A DNA stretch of 64,000 bases from an uncultured bacterium (GTDB taxonomy: Bacteria > Acidobacteriota > Thermoanaerobaculia > Multivoradales > JAHZIX01). A program made the translations under genes and the position numbers. Below the pieces are notes generated by a model that worked only from the letters and a program-made list of their open reading frames with translations, was not told where the DNA came from and did not search any database. The DNA lies in assembly GCA_965368975.1 (NCBI GenBank), contig CBDUPA010000009.1:32001-96000 (forward strand), read 5' to 3'. Positions 44,237 through 54,181 of this stretch are shown in pieces; within the stretch, counting starts at the first letter, position 1; every line of letters starts with the position of its first letter.

Positions 44237-44734
44237 ATGGCCCCTCCATCGAGCTCCCACCCCGCCTCCGTCCCGAAACCGAGCCGCGACGTTTACGCCC
44301 TGTTGACGCTGATCAGCGCCGGCCTGATTTTGGTGCTCACCCTGCCCCCTGGCAGCGGTAACCAGAAGGGCCTGAGCCTGCAGCCCTTCGCCGAGACCGG
44401 ACGCTTCATCGGGCTGATCCTGAGGGCAGAAAACCCGCTGGACTTGCAGGTGCTGCGTCACCTGCTGTGGCACGTCGGTGGAAACCTCTTTGCCTTCCTC
44501 CCTTTCGGCTTTGGTGCTGCCGGCTGGATCCGCAGACGCCCCGGCACGGCGGCACGATGGGCGGCGGCGCGATGGGCCGTGCTGGCTGGCCTGGTGTTCA
44601 GTCTGAGCATCGAACTCGGGCAGCTGTTGATCCCCTACCGCGCCACCGACATCGACGACCTGATCTTCAACACCCTCGGCGCATTGTCGGGGGCTGCCGT
44701 CTACCTGCTGTGGACCGCACGCGAGTCGGCTTGA
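44237..44734 (+). CDS. VanZ-family membrane protein
   Basis: GNLFAFLPFGF, SLSIELGQ, RATDIDDLIFNTLG motifs. Confidence 0.85.
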   Translation: MAPPSSSHPASVPKPSRDVYALLTLISAGLILVLTLPPGSGNQKGLSLQPFAETGRFIGLILRAENPLDLQVLRHLLWHVGGNLFAFLPFGFGAAGWIRRRPGTAARWAAARWAVLAGLVFSLSIELGQLLIPYRATDIDDLIFNTLGALSGAAVYLLWTARESA

Positions 44735-44759
44735 TGGGTCCTCTGGCAGGCCACCTGGA

Positions 44760-45926
44760 TTGACGGGAAAGCTGACCGGCCGCGCCTTCCTGCCGGCACT
44801 CTTGCTGGCCCTGCTCAACGTGCTGGTGGCCCCTTTCATGGGCAGGGTCCGCGACTGGCTCAGTGAAAGTCTGGGCAGCGTCTTCGTCACAGGCCTGGCT
44901 GCCGTCCTCGTCCTGACACTGATCACCGCGTTGGCCATCGCTATCGCACGTATTCGCCACCATCGCGGGTGGCGCTATGCCGGTCTCGTCGTGGTGGTCG
45001 TGCTAGTGGCCGTACAGACATTCCTGCTCGGGCGCGATATCGACAACCCAGCGCTGGCCCTGAAGGTCAACATGGTCGAGAAGGTGCACCTCGTGCAATA
45101 CGGCCTGCTCGCGATCCTGCTCTATCGTCCCCTACGCACGCTCGGCAACCCGGCCATGGCCGGCTTTACGCTGCTCGGTGTAACGCTTGGCGGCATTGCC
45201 GAGGAGTGGATGCAGTGGCTGGTGCCGCTGCGCGTCGGCGAAGCGACGGACGTCGCGCTGAACGTCTATGCCGGCCTGCTCGGGCTTGTTTTTGGCCTTG
45301 CCTTGACGCCCCCGGAGTACTTCACCTGGACGGTGCCGCGGCGACAGTGTTCGTGGTTGCTGATCGGACTGGCGGCCGTGACCTTGGCCTTCGGTGGCTT
45401 CTTCCACTGTGCTCATCTCGGTTCGTGGGTCGAGGATCCCGAGATCGGGCGCTTCCGCTCATGGTATCCGCGCGAGGAACTCCTACGCCTGCGCGACGAA
45501 CGCGCCCAGCGTTGGCCGGACGCGCCGCCACAACTGAACACCATCGGCCGCGAAGACCACTACCTGAGCGCCGCCGGCTGGCACGTCAACCACCGCAACC
45601 ACAGCTTCCAGCTCGGCCACGCCTTTGTCGCCTGGCAGGAGAACCGCATCCTGGATACCTACTTCACCCCCTTCCTGGACCTGCCGCAACGCTCCGGTGA
45701 AGGTACTTACCGACTACCGGAGAGCCAGCTGGAGCAGCTGCGGCAAGCTTACGAAGAGATCGCCGAGCGGCAACCGCGACGCATGGGCCGCTATGTCAGC
45801 CCAGTGCTGGAGCAGCGCGTCGTCACGCGTCCGACGGCAGGGGAGTGGTGGGCCGGAATCGGCGGATTCATCGTAGTGCTGCTGGCAGGCGCCGCACGGC
45901 TCGGACGCGGTGCCCGGCCGCACTGA
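44760..45926 (+). CDS. Membrane protein with a VanZ-like domain and an extracytoplasmic domain
   Basis: EKVHLVQYGLL, EEWMQWLVPLRVGEATDVALN pattern; multiple TMs. Confidence 0.7.
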   Translation: MTGKLTGRAFLPALLLALLNVLVAPFMGRVRDWLSESLGSVFVTGLAAVLVLTLITALAIAIARIRHHRGWRYAGLVVVVVLVAVQTFLLGRDIDNPALALKVNMVEKVHLVQYGLLAILLYRPLRTLGNPAMAGFTLLGVTLGGIAEEWMQWLVPLRVGEATDVALNVYAGLLGLVFGLALTPPEYFTWTVPRRQCSWLLIGLAAVTLAFGGFFHCAHLGSWVEDPEIGRFRSWYPREELLRLRDERAQRWPDAPPQLNTIGREDHYLSAAGWHVNHRNHSFQLGHAFVAWQENRILDTYFTPFLDLPQRSGEGTYRLPESQLEQLRQAYEEIAERQPRRMGRYVSPVLEQRVVTRPTAGEWWAGIGGFIVVLLAGAARLGRGARPH

Positions 45927-46808
45927 TCACAGCTTGCTCATCGGCCCGTCCGAAGTCTGCCGGCTGACCGCCTTGACACTTGCTGGTTCGGGCAGGATCT
46001 GGCGCAGGTAGGGCTCGATGCCCCGGTTCTGGTCCCAGTCACGGGGATAGCCCAGGGACACCTCCTCGAAGCGGACGCCGTCGCGGTAGTGAGTGCCCTT
46101 CATGTGCAGGTGCCCGTAGACCACGGCGGTGACGGGATAGCGGGTGTGCCAGTCCTCCGTCTTGCGGGTACCGCACCAAATAGTGAAGCGCGGAATGCGG
46201 AACAGGCGCACCAGATCGCGGCGCAGCGGCCAGTGGTTGATCAGGATCAGCTTGTGACCACTGGCGGCAGCCTGTGCCAGACGCTGCTGGCTGTAGCGCA
46301 CGCGGTCGTCACACCACTGCGGACGGCCGGGAAAAGGGTCAGCGTGGAGCAGCACCTCGTCACTGCACAAGACACCCGAGTCCGCCGCCCAGGAGACCGC
46401 GTTCTCGATCGGGATGTCGTCGGGGGCGAAGCTGTAGTCGTAGAAGGTGAACAGCGGCACCACCAGGTGGCCTTCGGTGTCGTCGTTGCCCGGCCAGTAG
46501 GGGTATGGATCCTCGGGCGTCAAGACCCCGTAGCTGCGGCAGATCTGCACCAGGCGCCGGTACTTGGCCTCGCCGCGCAAGCCCTCGGGATCCGAGCTGA
46601 CAGTCCACAGGTCGTGATTGCCCGGCACCCACAGCACGCGCTGGAAGCGCGGCGTCAACACGGACAGCGCAAAGCGCAACTGCATCTCTGTCTCACCGAC
46701 ATCGCCGGCCAGAATCAGCCAATCCTTGGGATGGCGCGGAACGTTCTCCAGGGCCGCGCGATTGACGCGATTGGCCAGATGGAGATCGCTGATGGCGTAC
46801 AACTTCAT
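45927..46808 (-). CDS. Calcineurin-like metallophosphoesterase, PptH/Rv2795c-like
   Basis: AISDLH, AGDV, VPGNHDLW, YDYSF, NHWPL, WCGT..T.DWH.RY, YGHLH, RFEEVSLGYPR. Confidence 0.85.
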   Translation of the reverse strand: MKLYAISDLHLANRVNRAALENVPRHPKDWLILAGDVGETEMQLRFALSVLTPRFQRVLWVPGNHDLWTVSSDPEGLRGEAKYRRLVQICRSYGVLTPEDPYPYWPGNDDTEGHLVVPLFTFYDYSFAPDDIPIENAVSWAADSGVLCSDEVLLHADPFPGRPQWCDDRVRYSQQRLAQAAASGHKLILINHWPLRRDLVRLFRIPRFTIWCGTRKTEDWHTRYPVTAVVYGHLHMKGTHYRDGVRFEEVSLGYPRDWDQNRGIEPYLRQILPEPASVKAVSRQTSDGPMSKL

Positions 46809-47839
46809 CAGTTGACGGTCTCGTCGTCATCCAGGCGACGCACCGACTGCGACGGTGTGGCGATCCCCAGCGGATCGGGAGCGAGAATCTCCGGCTCCAG
46901 CACCTTGGCTTGTTTCGTAGCTGGCTTCTTGGTAGCTGGCTTTTTGGTGGCTGGCTTCTTGGTCGCTGGCTTCTTGGTGGGTGGCTTCTTCACAGGAACC
47001 TTCTTCGAACCACCCTTCGCAGCACTCTTCTTCGCCGTGCTCTTCTTGCGCTTCGCCGTGGCTTTCTCTTGGGTCTTCTGTTGGGCCTCCTCTTGGGCCT
47101 CCAGGGCTTGCGCTTCCGCCGCGGCCTCTTCGGCCGCTTCCATCTCGGGCGTTGGCGACATCACCAGAGCGTGGCGCACGCGACCGCGCGAGAACTTGAA
47201 CTCGGTCAATGGATGCCGGATCGGCTCCAGCGTCATGTCTGGATGAAAGATCGCACCACCACCGGTAGGAATGCCAAAGCCGCGGATGTGCTCGCCGGCC
47301 TTGGGCATCAGCGACATCATGCGTGGCCATTCCGGGTCGTCGTGGACATCGATGAAGAAGGGCAAGATCTTGAGCAAGGTCGGGAGTTCAGGGCTCTTGG
47401 CGTTCTCTTCCGGCGGCCCGAAAAGACCGATCTGGACTGCACCCGCCGACACGCCCATGATCACCGCGCCCTCCTGGTGACGCTGCACGACCTTGGTGGC
47501 CAGACCATTCTCTTCCATCACCTTGTAGCCATGGTGCACGTCGCCACCAGCCAGGAGGATGATGTGGGCCCGCCCAACGTAGGCGGATTCTTCCTGCGTC
47601 GGCTCGGACGGAATCATCTTGGTGTTGGTGACGCCGATGCTCTCCATGGCGCCCCGGAACAGTTCGTAGAATTCGGGGCGATCCTGATTCGAAGCACCGA
47701 TATAGGCGGCACGCGGCTCTTCAACATCGTCGTCGAGAGCTTCGCGGATGCGGCGCAGAAACAGCTCGCCACTCTCGTCGCGCCAGAACAAGGGCTGGCT
47801 ATCGGCGAACAGGAACAACGGTTTCTGTGACTCTTCCAA
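46808..47839 (-). CDS. Peptidase S51 (PepE/cyanophycinase-like) with histone-H1-like Lys-rich tail
   Basis: AYIGAS, LAGGD, GVSAGA nucleophile elbow; C-terminal KKPAT repeats. Confidence 0.78.
   Translation of the reverse strand: MEESQKPLFLFADSQPLFWRDESGELFLRRIREALDDDVEEPRAAYIGASNQDRPEFYELFRGAMESIGVTNTKMIPSEPTQEESAYVGRAHIILLAGGDVHHGYKVMEENGLATKVVQRHQEGAVIMGVSAGAVQIGLFGPPEENAKSPELPTLLKILPFFIDVHDDPEWPRMMSLMPKAGEHIRGFGIPTGGGAIFHPDMTLEPIRHPLTEFKFSRGRVRHALVMSPTPEMEAAEEAAAEAQALEAQEEAQQKTQEKATAKRKKSTAKKSAAKGGSKKVPVKKPPTKKPATKKPATKKPATKKPATKQAKVLEPEILAPDPLGIATPSQSVRRLDDDETVN
46916..46990 (-). repeat. Five 15-bp tandem repeats encoding KKP(A/P)T
   Basis: Units (g/c)gtNg(c/g)tggctt(c/t)tt at 46916, 46931, 46946, 46961, 46976. 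Confidence 0.9.
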
Positions 47840-47959
47840 GGGTAGGCTCCTCCGTTCAGATCCGAGAATGTCAGTTCATCTGGCCTTCAGACACCTCAAG
47901 AGGTGCGCCGAGAGGCTCGTCCTTGATATCATGAAGCCTTCGGGAGGAATTCGGAAGAC

Positions 47960-48520
47960 ATGGCAGAATCGGACAAAGCGGAACAGCTCAGAATTACCCT
48001 GCACCTGGAAGGCACGCAACTGGAGTTGCTCGAGGGGGATCTCACCACCCTCGAAGTCGACGCCATCGTCAATGCGGCCAACGAGGATCTGCAGCTCGGT
48101 AGCGGTGTCGCGGGCGCGATCCGCGATCGTGGCGGCCCTGCGATCCAGGAAGAATGCGACCGAATCGGCCACACGCCGGTCGGCACCGCGGTCATCACCG
48201 GCTCCGGCGATCTTCCGTGCAAGCAGGTCATCCATGCCGTAGGACCACGCTATGGCGAAGGCGACGAGGACCGTAAGCTGGCGTCTGCCGTTCGCTCGGC
48301 TCTGGCCGTGGCGGACCGCGACGGCCTGCGCTCCGTGGCCTTGCCGGCGATTTCGACCGGCGTCTTCGGCTTCCCGATTGATCGCTGCGCGCGCATCCTG
48401 CTGACCGAGGTGCACCGCTACCTACAGGGCGGCACCAAGCTAGAGCAGGTTGTCATCTGCCTGCGGGGCGAGGACAACTTCGGCATCTTCCGCCGCGAAC
48501 TGCGCCGCGGTTTCCGGTAA
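47960..48520 (+). CDS. Macrodomain protein (ADP-ribose hydrolase-like)
   Basis: GDLT...VDAIVNAAN..L..GSGVAGAI, VIHAVGP, PAISTGVFGFP. Confidence 0.93.
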   Translation: MAESDKAEQLRITLHLEGTQLELLEGDLTTLEVDAIVNAANEDLQLGSGVAGAIRDRGGPAIQEECDRIGHTPVGTAVITGSGDLPCKQVIHAVGPRYGEGDEDRKLASAVRSALAVADRDGLRSVALPAISTGVFGFPIDRCARILLTEVHRYLQGGTKLEQVVICLRGEDNFGIFRRELRRGFR

Positions 48521-48628
48521 CGCAGAACCAGAGGGCACCCACACTGGGGGCGACCCAAGCCAAGAGGTATCGAAGTCCGGTAGGAGCAGGTCAGGTGCCT
48601 ACCTTGGATGGGGGAGGTTCAATCCCCG

Positions 48629-49903
48629 TCATGCTCCGTACTTCTTCAGACGCCCCGCGTTCGCCAGCAGAACGCCCATCAGATAGCGCGCATCCATCGT
48701 GCCCAGGTGGCCCCGGGTGCAAGCCTCTTCGGTGAAGCACTGCGTGTCGTCGATGTAGGCGTTGGCGGCATGGAGCAGGAGCGGCACCGGATGCCAGCTG
48801 TGCGCACTCATCGGCGCCGGTGTCGAGTGGTCACCCGTGATCGCCAGCACGTCCGGCAGCAGCGACAGCAGGCGCGGAAGTTCGGCATCAACCTCTTCGA
48901 GTACCTCGACCTTGGCGGCCAGGTTGCCATCCTCGCCCGCTTGGTCGGTCTGCTTGACGTGCAGGAAGTAGAAGTCGAAGCCACCCTCTTCGCCTGCCGA
49001 GGCTGCTGGCGGCGGCGACCAGTGCTCGATGACAGTGTCGAGAATGTCGCCGATACGCTTGCCGCAGGGCACCACCTCCATACCGCACGCCGAGGCGACA
49101 CCGCGGTAGAGGGGGTAGCCAGCGAAAGCACCGGCGCGCAGCTTGTAGAGCTCGTCCCAGGGCGCCAGGTCCGGCATCGCGGAGAAGCCGCGCAGCAAGA
49201 CCTCGTTGGCCTGCTCTTCGTCGGAGATCGCCTGGCGCATCACAGCCAGCGCTTGCTCGACGTGTTCGGCGGTCTTCGTGGCTGCTGCCGGGTCCGCCGC
49301 GGCTTGTAGCGGGCGCGGTGGCAGCGCTGGCACACCCAACTTCTGCGGATCGGTGTCGGCCAGCTCGGGCGACAGACCCTTGCCATCCAGGATCAGTACA
49401 AAGCGATGCGCCTCGCCGGGCTCCACCTGCACTTCGAGGCCCTTGATCGGTGCCGCTTCCAGCGCCGTCTGCATCTTGGCGCAGATGCGCCGGCATTCTT
49501 CGGTGGGGGGTCGGCCGGCCCGGCGATCGAGCAGCTTGCCGTCGGCGTCACGCGTGGCGAAGTTGCCACGCACCGCGACCTGCCCGCGCTTCACCTGCAA
49601 ACCCAGTCCGAGCGCTTCCAGGACGCCGCGGCCGATGTCGACTTCCGGCCGCTGCGGATCGTAGCCGAACAGCGACAAGTGCCCCGGCCCGCTACCGGGC
49701 GTGACACCGGGCGCTACCGGCGTCAGACGGCCAAGCGCCGAGCGGGTGGCGAGGGCGTCGAGGTTGGGCGTGTGCGCCTTTTCGAGGGCGGTCTGAGGTT
49801 GGTCGACCGTGCGCAGGTCGCCGACACCATCGAGCACCAGCAACACGATCCGGGACGGCGCTTTCTGCGCCAGGCGGCGCAGCAACTCCAAGTGTGCGTC
49901 CAT
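48629..49903 (-). CDS. apgM: 2,3-bisphosphoglycerate-independent phosphoglycerate mutase (ApgM type)
   Basis: LDGVGD, TPNLD, PGSGPGHLSLFGYD, DRRAGR, TGDHSTP, HSWHPVP. Confidence 0.92.
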   Translation of the reverse strand: MDAHLELLRRLAQKAPSRIVLLVLDGVGDLRTVDQPQTALEKAHTPNLDALATRSALGRLTPVAPGVTPGSGPGHLSLFGYDPQRPEVDIGRGVLEALGLGLQVKRGQVAVRGNFATRDADGKLLDRRAGRPPTEECRRICAKMQTALEAAPIKGLEVQVEPGEAHRFVLILDGKGLSPELADTDPQKLGVPALPPRPLQAAADPAAATKTAEHVEQALAVMRQAISDEEQANEVLLRGFSAMPDLAPWDELYKLRAGAFAGYPLYRGVASACGMEVVPCGKRIGDILDTVIEHWSPPPAASAGEEGGFDFYFLHVKQTDQAGEDGNLAAKVEVLEEVDAELPRLLSLLPDVLAITGDHSTPAPMSAHSWHPVPLLLHAANAYIDDTQCFTEEACTRGHLGTMDARYLMGVLLANAGRLKKYGA

Positions 49904-49994
49904 CGTCGTTCCTCCGCAAGCAGATTTCGTCGGTCCCCGGTCAGCGAGCGCGCCGCTCCGGGCCCGCGAGGCTTCCCTTCCAGGCTCCCAGGCT

Positions 49995-50420
49995 TCAGGC
50001 TACCAGATAAGCGCTGGCGCGGATCTGCAAGCGTGCCCGCGGCTCGAAGCCCGTGCCGACGAGTGCAAAGGCCGCCCGCTCGGCCAGCACGGGAAGCACG
50101 ATCCAGCCATCGAAGCTGTCGCCGCTGGCATACGGCGGCACCACCGGCTCGATCTCCGCGATCTTGATCCAGTGGTCGTCTTCAGGGTCGAAGGAGGCCC
50201 GCAGATCGACGTAGGCTCGGTCCAGGTCGATCGCCCGTTGCGAAGATGGGTGCCAGAGCGAGAAAACGAAGCGCACCTCGTCGTACTCGCTGGTCTTGAG
50301 CATTGCTTCGCCGTTCGCCGTCAGCTGATACATAAAACCACCGGCACTGTCGGTGGCGTAGATCTCCGCCGTCGGGTCGAAGAAAATCTGCCTCGGGGGC
50401 ACAGGGCGGGCGTTGGTCAT
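49995..50420 (-). CDS. Hypothetical protein
   Basis: 141 aa; GGAGGA RBS before ATG; realistic globular, beta-rich composition; no family recognised. Confidence 0.75.
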   Translation of the reverse strand: MTNARPVPPRQIFFDPTAEIYATDSAGGFMYQLTANGEAMLKTSEYDEVRFVFSLWHPSSQRAIDLDRAYVDLRASFDPEDDHWIKIAEIEPVVPPYASGDSFDGWIVLPVLAERAAFALVGTGFEPRARLQIRASAYLVA

Positions 50421-50540
50421 CGATCCTCCGTGACGCGTGGCTCAAGATGGGTTCGGACTCATCGAGTGTCTCGACTCATTTGCGAAGCTTGTAGTGTATC
50501 ACCGTCGCCGCGATGACCTCCGTCGCGGGCACCGCACGCC

Positions 50541-52916
50541 TTACTCGATCAGCACTTGCTCTTCTGCCGACACGAACAGCACGTCACGCAGCAGCGGGAA
50601 ACGCTGCAGGAGTTCGGCCCCCTTGCGTTGCAGGCGTTTCTGCGTGAAGCCGAGGACCACGAGGTCCGCCGCACGCGACTGCTGCAGCACCAGCTCTTCG
50701 AAACCCTCCGGCGAGTCGGTGGGGAAGATGCGTAGGTTGCGCTCGCTGATCGGCAGGCGACCGTCCGACACCATGCCGCGCAGACGCGCCACCTGCATGT
50801 CCGCCTCCTGGCGCGGGAAGGCTGCGAATACACAGATCTGCGCGTGGTGCCAATCCGGATGCGCTAGCAGGATGTAGGCCAACAGGATCATCAGGTTGGC
50901 GTTGCGGTAGTCATGCCAGGTGAGCCAGATGTGAATGCTGGCCCTGTTACCGAAGAAGTACTCGCCATGGCGCAGCACCAGGCTGTTCATGTGCGTCACC
51001 GACGTCAAGTGGCTGCCGTCGAGGATCTCGTCGATGGCATCGGCATCGTCGTGAATCGAGAACTCGAACAGCACCGTGTTGTTCTCGACACCCGAGATGC
51101 CCGGCAGCTGCACGCTCTGCGCCAGCGCTGAACGCATCGACGGGCTGATGATCGTGTCGACGTAGACACTGCTGCGCCGGGCCTGGTTGACGCGAATCAG
51201 TTGCTCCAGAATCTCGCGGCTCTCGTTCACCGTCTGAGGGTCGAGTGGTCCCTTGATGAAGTGCAGGTACGTACCGAAGCCGTAGCGATGGCACAGCCAG
51301 GTGAAGAACTGCAGGGGCGCCGCACGCTCGAAACTATGGGAGTGAATGGCAATGGCACTGGGACGCCATTGCTCGCCGCGGTTACCCTGCCCACTGACCT
51401 GCAGCTTGACCTGAATGAAGCGGTTGGCCTGCGCCATGACGCCCTGGAAGATGACGCCCAGATCACCGCCGTCACCGCGCCCCTTGCGGATGCCGTGGTA
51501 GAGCAAAGCCATGACCGCGATCGCCAGCACGGCGAAGAGCGGGTCCATCTGGAACATCAACAGGAAGCAGAGCACCGCACCGAGCAGACTCAGGTACCAC
51601 TTGGAGCGAAAGCTGGGCCGGTAGCTCGGTCGTGCCGCGAAGTGCTCCAGCGCACTGATGGCGCACAAAGCACCATAGGTGACCATGAAGAACATCGAGA
51701 TGATGCGGGCCACGAAGTCGACGTTGCCGCCCGCGACGGTGATGATCGCCAGCACACCGGTGATCAAGGTGGCGTTGCGCGGTTCGTTGGCGGCTCCTAC
51801 CCCTCGAGCCAGCATGCCGTTCAAGCGCCGTGACGGCAAAATGCGGTCGTACGCCAGCGCCTGCAGGGTGCGCGGCGCCACGAGAATCGAGCCGATGGCC
51901 GACGACAGCGTCGCACACGCCAAGCCGATCGGGATGATTGGACCCCACAGCGCGATGCGGCTCATCACCAGCTGGTCGCCGGCCAGGATCTCGGGCGGCG
52001 CCGACAGGCTCAGCTTGAAGACGATAGCGACGTACATCAGCATGCCGAAAACGGTGGCGGACAGGATGCCGAGCGGGATCGAGCGGCGCGGATTGGCCAG
52101 ATCGCCGGACAAGCCGACGCCAGCAGTCATACCCGTGAAGGCAGGAAACACGATGGCGAAGACCAGGATGAAGGGATCGGCGTCGGGAACCCGGGCCGCC
52201 AGCTCCAGACTCGCAGCACCGCCGGCCTCACCCGCCATCTCACCGACCGGCGAACCGAGGAAGAAAAGCAACAGCGACACCCCGAGAATCGACGCCACGA
52301 CCCACAGCGCCTTGACACCAATGTCGGCACCGCGCGTCAGCATCAGGATCAGCAGCAGGAGCAGCGCCGGCATCGAGACGAACCGAGGATCGAAAGGTAT
52401 CCCCAGCAATTCCGAGATCCTGGGTGCCAGCGGCTGGAAGGCCTCGGCGAACGCGATGACGTAGAAGGCCACCGAGATGGCCTGCGACAGGTACAGCGAG
52501 ATGCCGATGGCACCACCGATGGTGGCGCCGAACGAGCGCGAGATGATGAAGTACTCACCGCCGCCTTCAACCCGCCGATTGGTCGCGATCTCGGCGATCG
52601 CCAGCGACGTCGGCACGGTGACCAGGTGGCCCAGAAGGATGATCGCCAGCGCACCTAGCAGCCCTGTGTGGCCGACCGCATAGCCGAAACGCAGGAAGAG
52701 CACCGCGCCGAGGATGGTACTGACACTGGCCAGAAACACTGGCGCCGTGCCCAGCGCGAGGCCCCGCGTCTCGCCTGCTGGTGCCCCAGGAATGGTCGGG
52801 ACGGACCCCGTATCGATGCTTGCATCGGCACCAATAGAACCCCCGAGCGACGGCTCGGTCGAGGGCGGAACTCCCGGCACGATTGGCGCCGGTGCTTGTG
52901 GCTGGCTCTCGGACAC
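50541..52916 (-). CDS. APC-superfamily permease, SLC12/cation-chloride cotransporter-like
   Basis: ILGAVLFLRF, IATN..V.GGGEYFIISRSFG, FPAFTG..AG...SGDL.NP.RSIP.G; soluble C-terminal domain. Confidence 0.85.
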   Translation of the reverse strand: MSESQPQAPAPIVPGVPPSTEPSLGGSIGADASIDTGSVPTIPGAPAGETRGLALGTAPVFLASVSTILGAVLFLRFGYAVGHTGLLGALAIILLGHLVTVPTSLAIAEIATNRRVEGGGEYFIISRSFGATIGGAIGISLYLSQAISVAFYVIAFAEAFQPLAPRISELLGIPFDPRFVSMPALLLLLILMLTRGADIGVKALWVVASILGVSLLLFFLGSPVGEMAGEAGGAASLELAARVPDADPFILVFAIVFPAFTGMTAGVGLSGDLANPRRSIPLGILSATVFGMLMYVAIVFKLSLSAPPEILAGDQLVMSRIALWGPIIPIGLACATLSSAIGSILVAPRTLQALAYDRILPSRRLNGMLARGVGAANEPRNATLITGVLAIITVAGGNVDFVARIISMFFMVTYGALCAISALEHFAARPSYRPSFRSKWYLSLLGAVLCFLLMFQMDPLFAVLAIAVMALLYHGIRKGRGDGGDLGVIFQGVMAQANRFIQVKLQVSGQGNRGEQWRPSAIAIHSHSFERAAPLQFFTWLCHRYGFGTYLHFIKGPLDPQTVNESREILEQLIRVNQARRSSVYVDTIISPSMRSALAQSVQLPGISGVENNTVLFEFSIHDDADAIDEILDGSHLTSVTHMNSLVLRHGEYFFGNRASIHIWLTWHDYRNANLMILLAYILLAHPDWHHAQICVFAAFPRQEADMQVARLRGMVSDGRLPISERNLRIFPTDSPEGFEELVLQQSRAADLVVLGFTQKRLQRKGAELLQRFPLLRDVLFVSAEEQVLIE

Positions 52917-52956
52917 GTCGACTCCAATCCTTCCTGGGGCAGATTTCCGGGCAGGG

Positions 52957-53712
52957 CTAGGCGTTGCGCTGCAACCGATTGAGCGTGCGCCGACAGATTC
53001 CGCGCACGATGCGCACTTCGCGGCTGTTCATGCGGCTGCGCGCAGCGAGCTGACGCAGGTCGCGCAGCACACCGTCAAAGCTCTCGTCACGGGCGAAGCC
53101 AACCTGCGCTAGGGTATCGCGCGCATGATCGAGCATTCCTTCCAGCTCGGCAGCCGTCGCCGGTGGCTCCTCGTCGCCCAGGACGCGCGGGTCCGGGACA
53201 CGCTCCCCGCGCAGCAAACGATGCTGCGACAGCTCGTACGCCACGATCAGCACCGCCTGGCCGAGATTGAGCGTCGGCTGGCGAGCATCGCACGGAATAC
53301 GCACAAGCGGGTCACACAGCGCCAGTTCCTCGCGGGTCAGGCCGCTGGTTTCAGGACCAAATACCAGCGCCACCCGCGTATCGGCAGTCTCTTTCTCCAG
53401 GCAAGCTCCCAGTTCTCGTGCGGTCAGCAACTCGATGGTCGTGCGCTCGCGGCTCGACGTCGTTCCGACCACTCGTCGATAGGGCGCCAGCGCCTCCTCC
53501 AGGTTCGCGCAACGCCGCGCGGCGTCGAGAACTTGCCCGGCGTGCACAGCGAAGGCACGCGCGGTATCGCCCAAGGGTACCGCCGGCTCCACCAGCACGA
53601 GCTGGTCGAGTCCCATGTTGGCCATGGCGCGGGCCACCGCACCCACATTGCCTTGTTGCTGCGGCCGCACCAAGACGACGGCGGGACGAAGGGGATGAGT
53701 TACTTCAGTCAT
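52957..53712 (-). CDS. trmJ: TrmJ/LasT-family SPOUT RNA methyltransferase
   Basis: NVGAVARAMANMG, ALVFGPETSGL, TLNLGQAV motifs. Confidence 0.88.
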   Translation of the reverse strand: MTEVTHPLRPAVVLVRPQQQGNVGAVARAMANMGLDQLVLVEPAVPLGDTARAFAVHAGQVLDAARRCANLEEALAPYRRVVGTTSSRERTTIELLTARELGACLEKETADTRVALVFGPETSGLTREELALCDPLVRIPCDARQPTLNLGQAVLIVAYELSQHRLLRGERVPDPRVLGDEEPPATAAELEGMLDHARDTLAQVGFARDESFDGVLRDLRQLAARSRMNSREVRIVRGICRRTLNRLQRNA

Positions 53713-53833
53713 TCAGTAAGCCTGGTCTGGACGGGCAGATTGTACAATGGATCCCAAGGAGGGGTTTCCGGGAGATCCGCCCTTAAACTCCCTGGCTGAC
53801 CCCACGAGCCTTCTGTTGACCGCGAGGAGCTGT

Positions 53834-54142
53834 ATGCCGAAATCCGTGATGCGTGCCCACCTGATCTTCACCGGCACCGGGCCGATCCTGGTTTTGTCGA
53901 CCTACCCCAAGCTGACCGACGAACGCCTGATCAACAAGCTGCGCTACAAGGGGATCGACAAGTTCATCGCCTACCGCGTTGACCTGGACGCCGTCGAAGC
54001 CCGCTACGGCAACGCCTACCACCACATCGCGGCAGATCTGCAGGGAACCGAGGACATCCGCGTGCTCGACTTCAACGGCCACCAGATCATGGCCAATTTC
54101 TCCCTCGACGCCCTCGGCGATCCGATCAAGTTCGGTGGCTGA
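53834..54142 (+). CDS. Conserved small hypothetical protein
   Basis: GAGGAG RBS; IFTGTGPILVL...KGIDKFIAY...RVLDFNG; typical codon usage. Confidence 0.8.
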   Translation: MPKSVMRAHLIFTGTGPILVLSTYPKLTDERLINKLRYKGIDKFIAYRVDLDAVEARYGNAYHHIAADLQGTEDIRVLDFNGHQIMANFSLDALGDPIKFGG

Positions 54143-54181
54143 GGGCCGCCGGCTCCGAGACCGCCAGCACCGGGAGGCACC

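Noticed and set aside
44237-45926. Glycopeptide-resistance locus suggested by two VanZ-like genes
   Set aside because: VanZ-like proteins are widespread and no vanHAX/vanRS genes are present
46916-46990. CRISPR-like array (also considered 55540-55700 and 29743-29823)
   Set aside because: Repeats are contiguous, have no unique spacers, mostly lie in coding frames, and no cas genes are present
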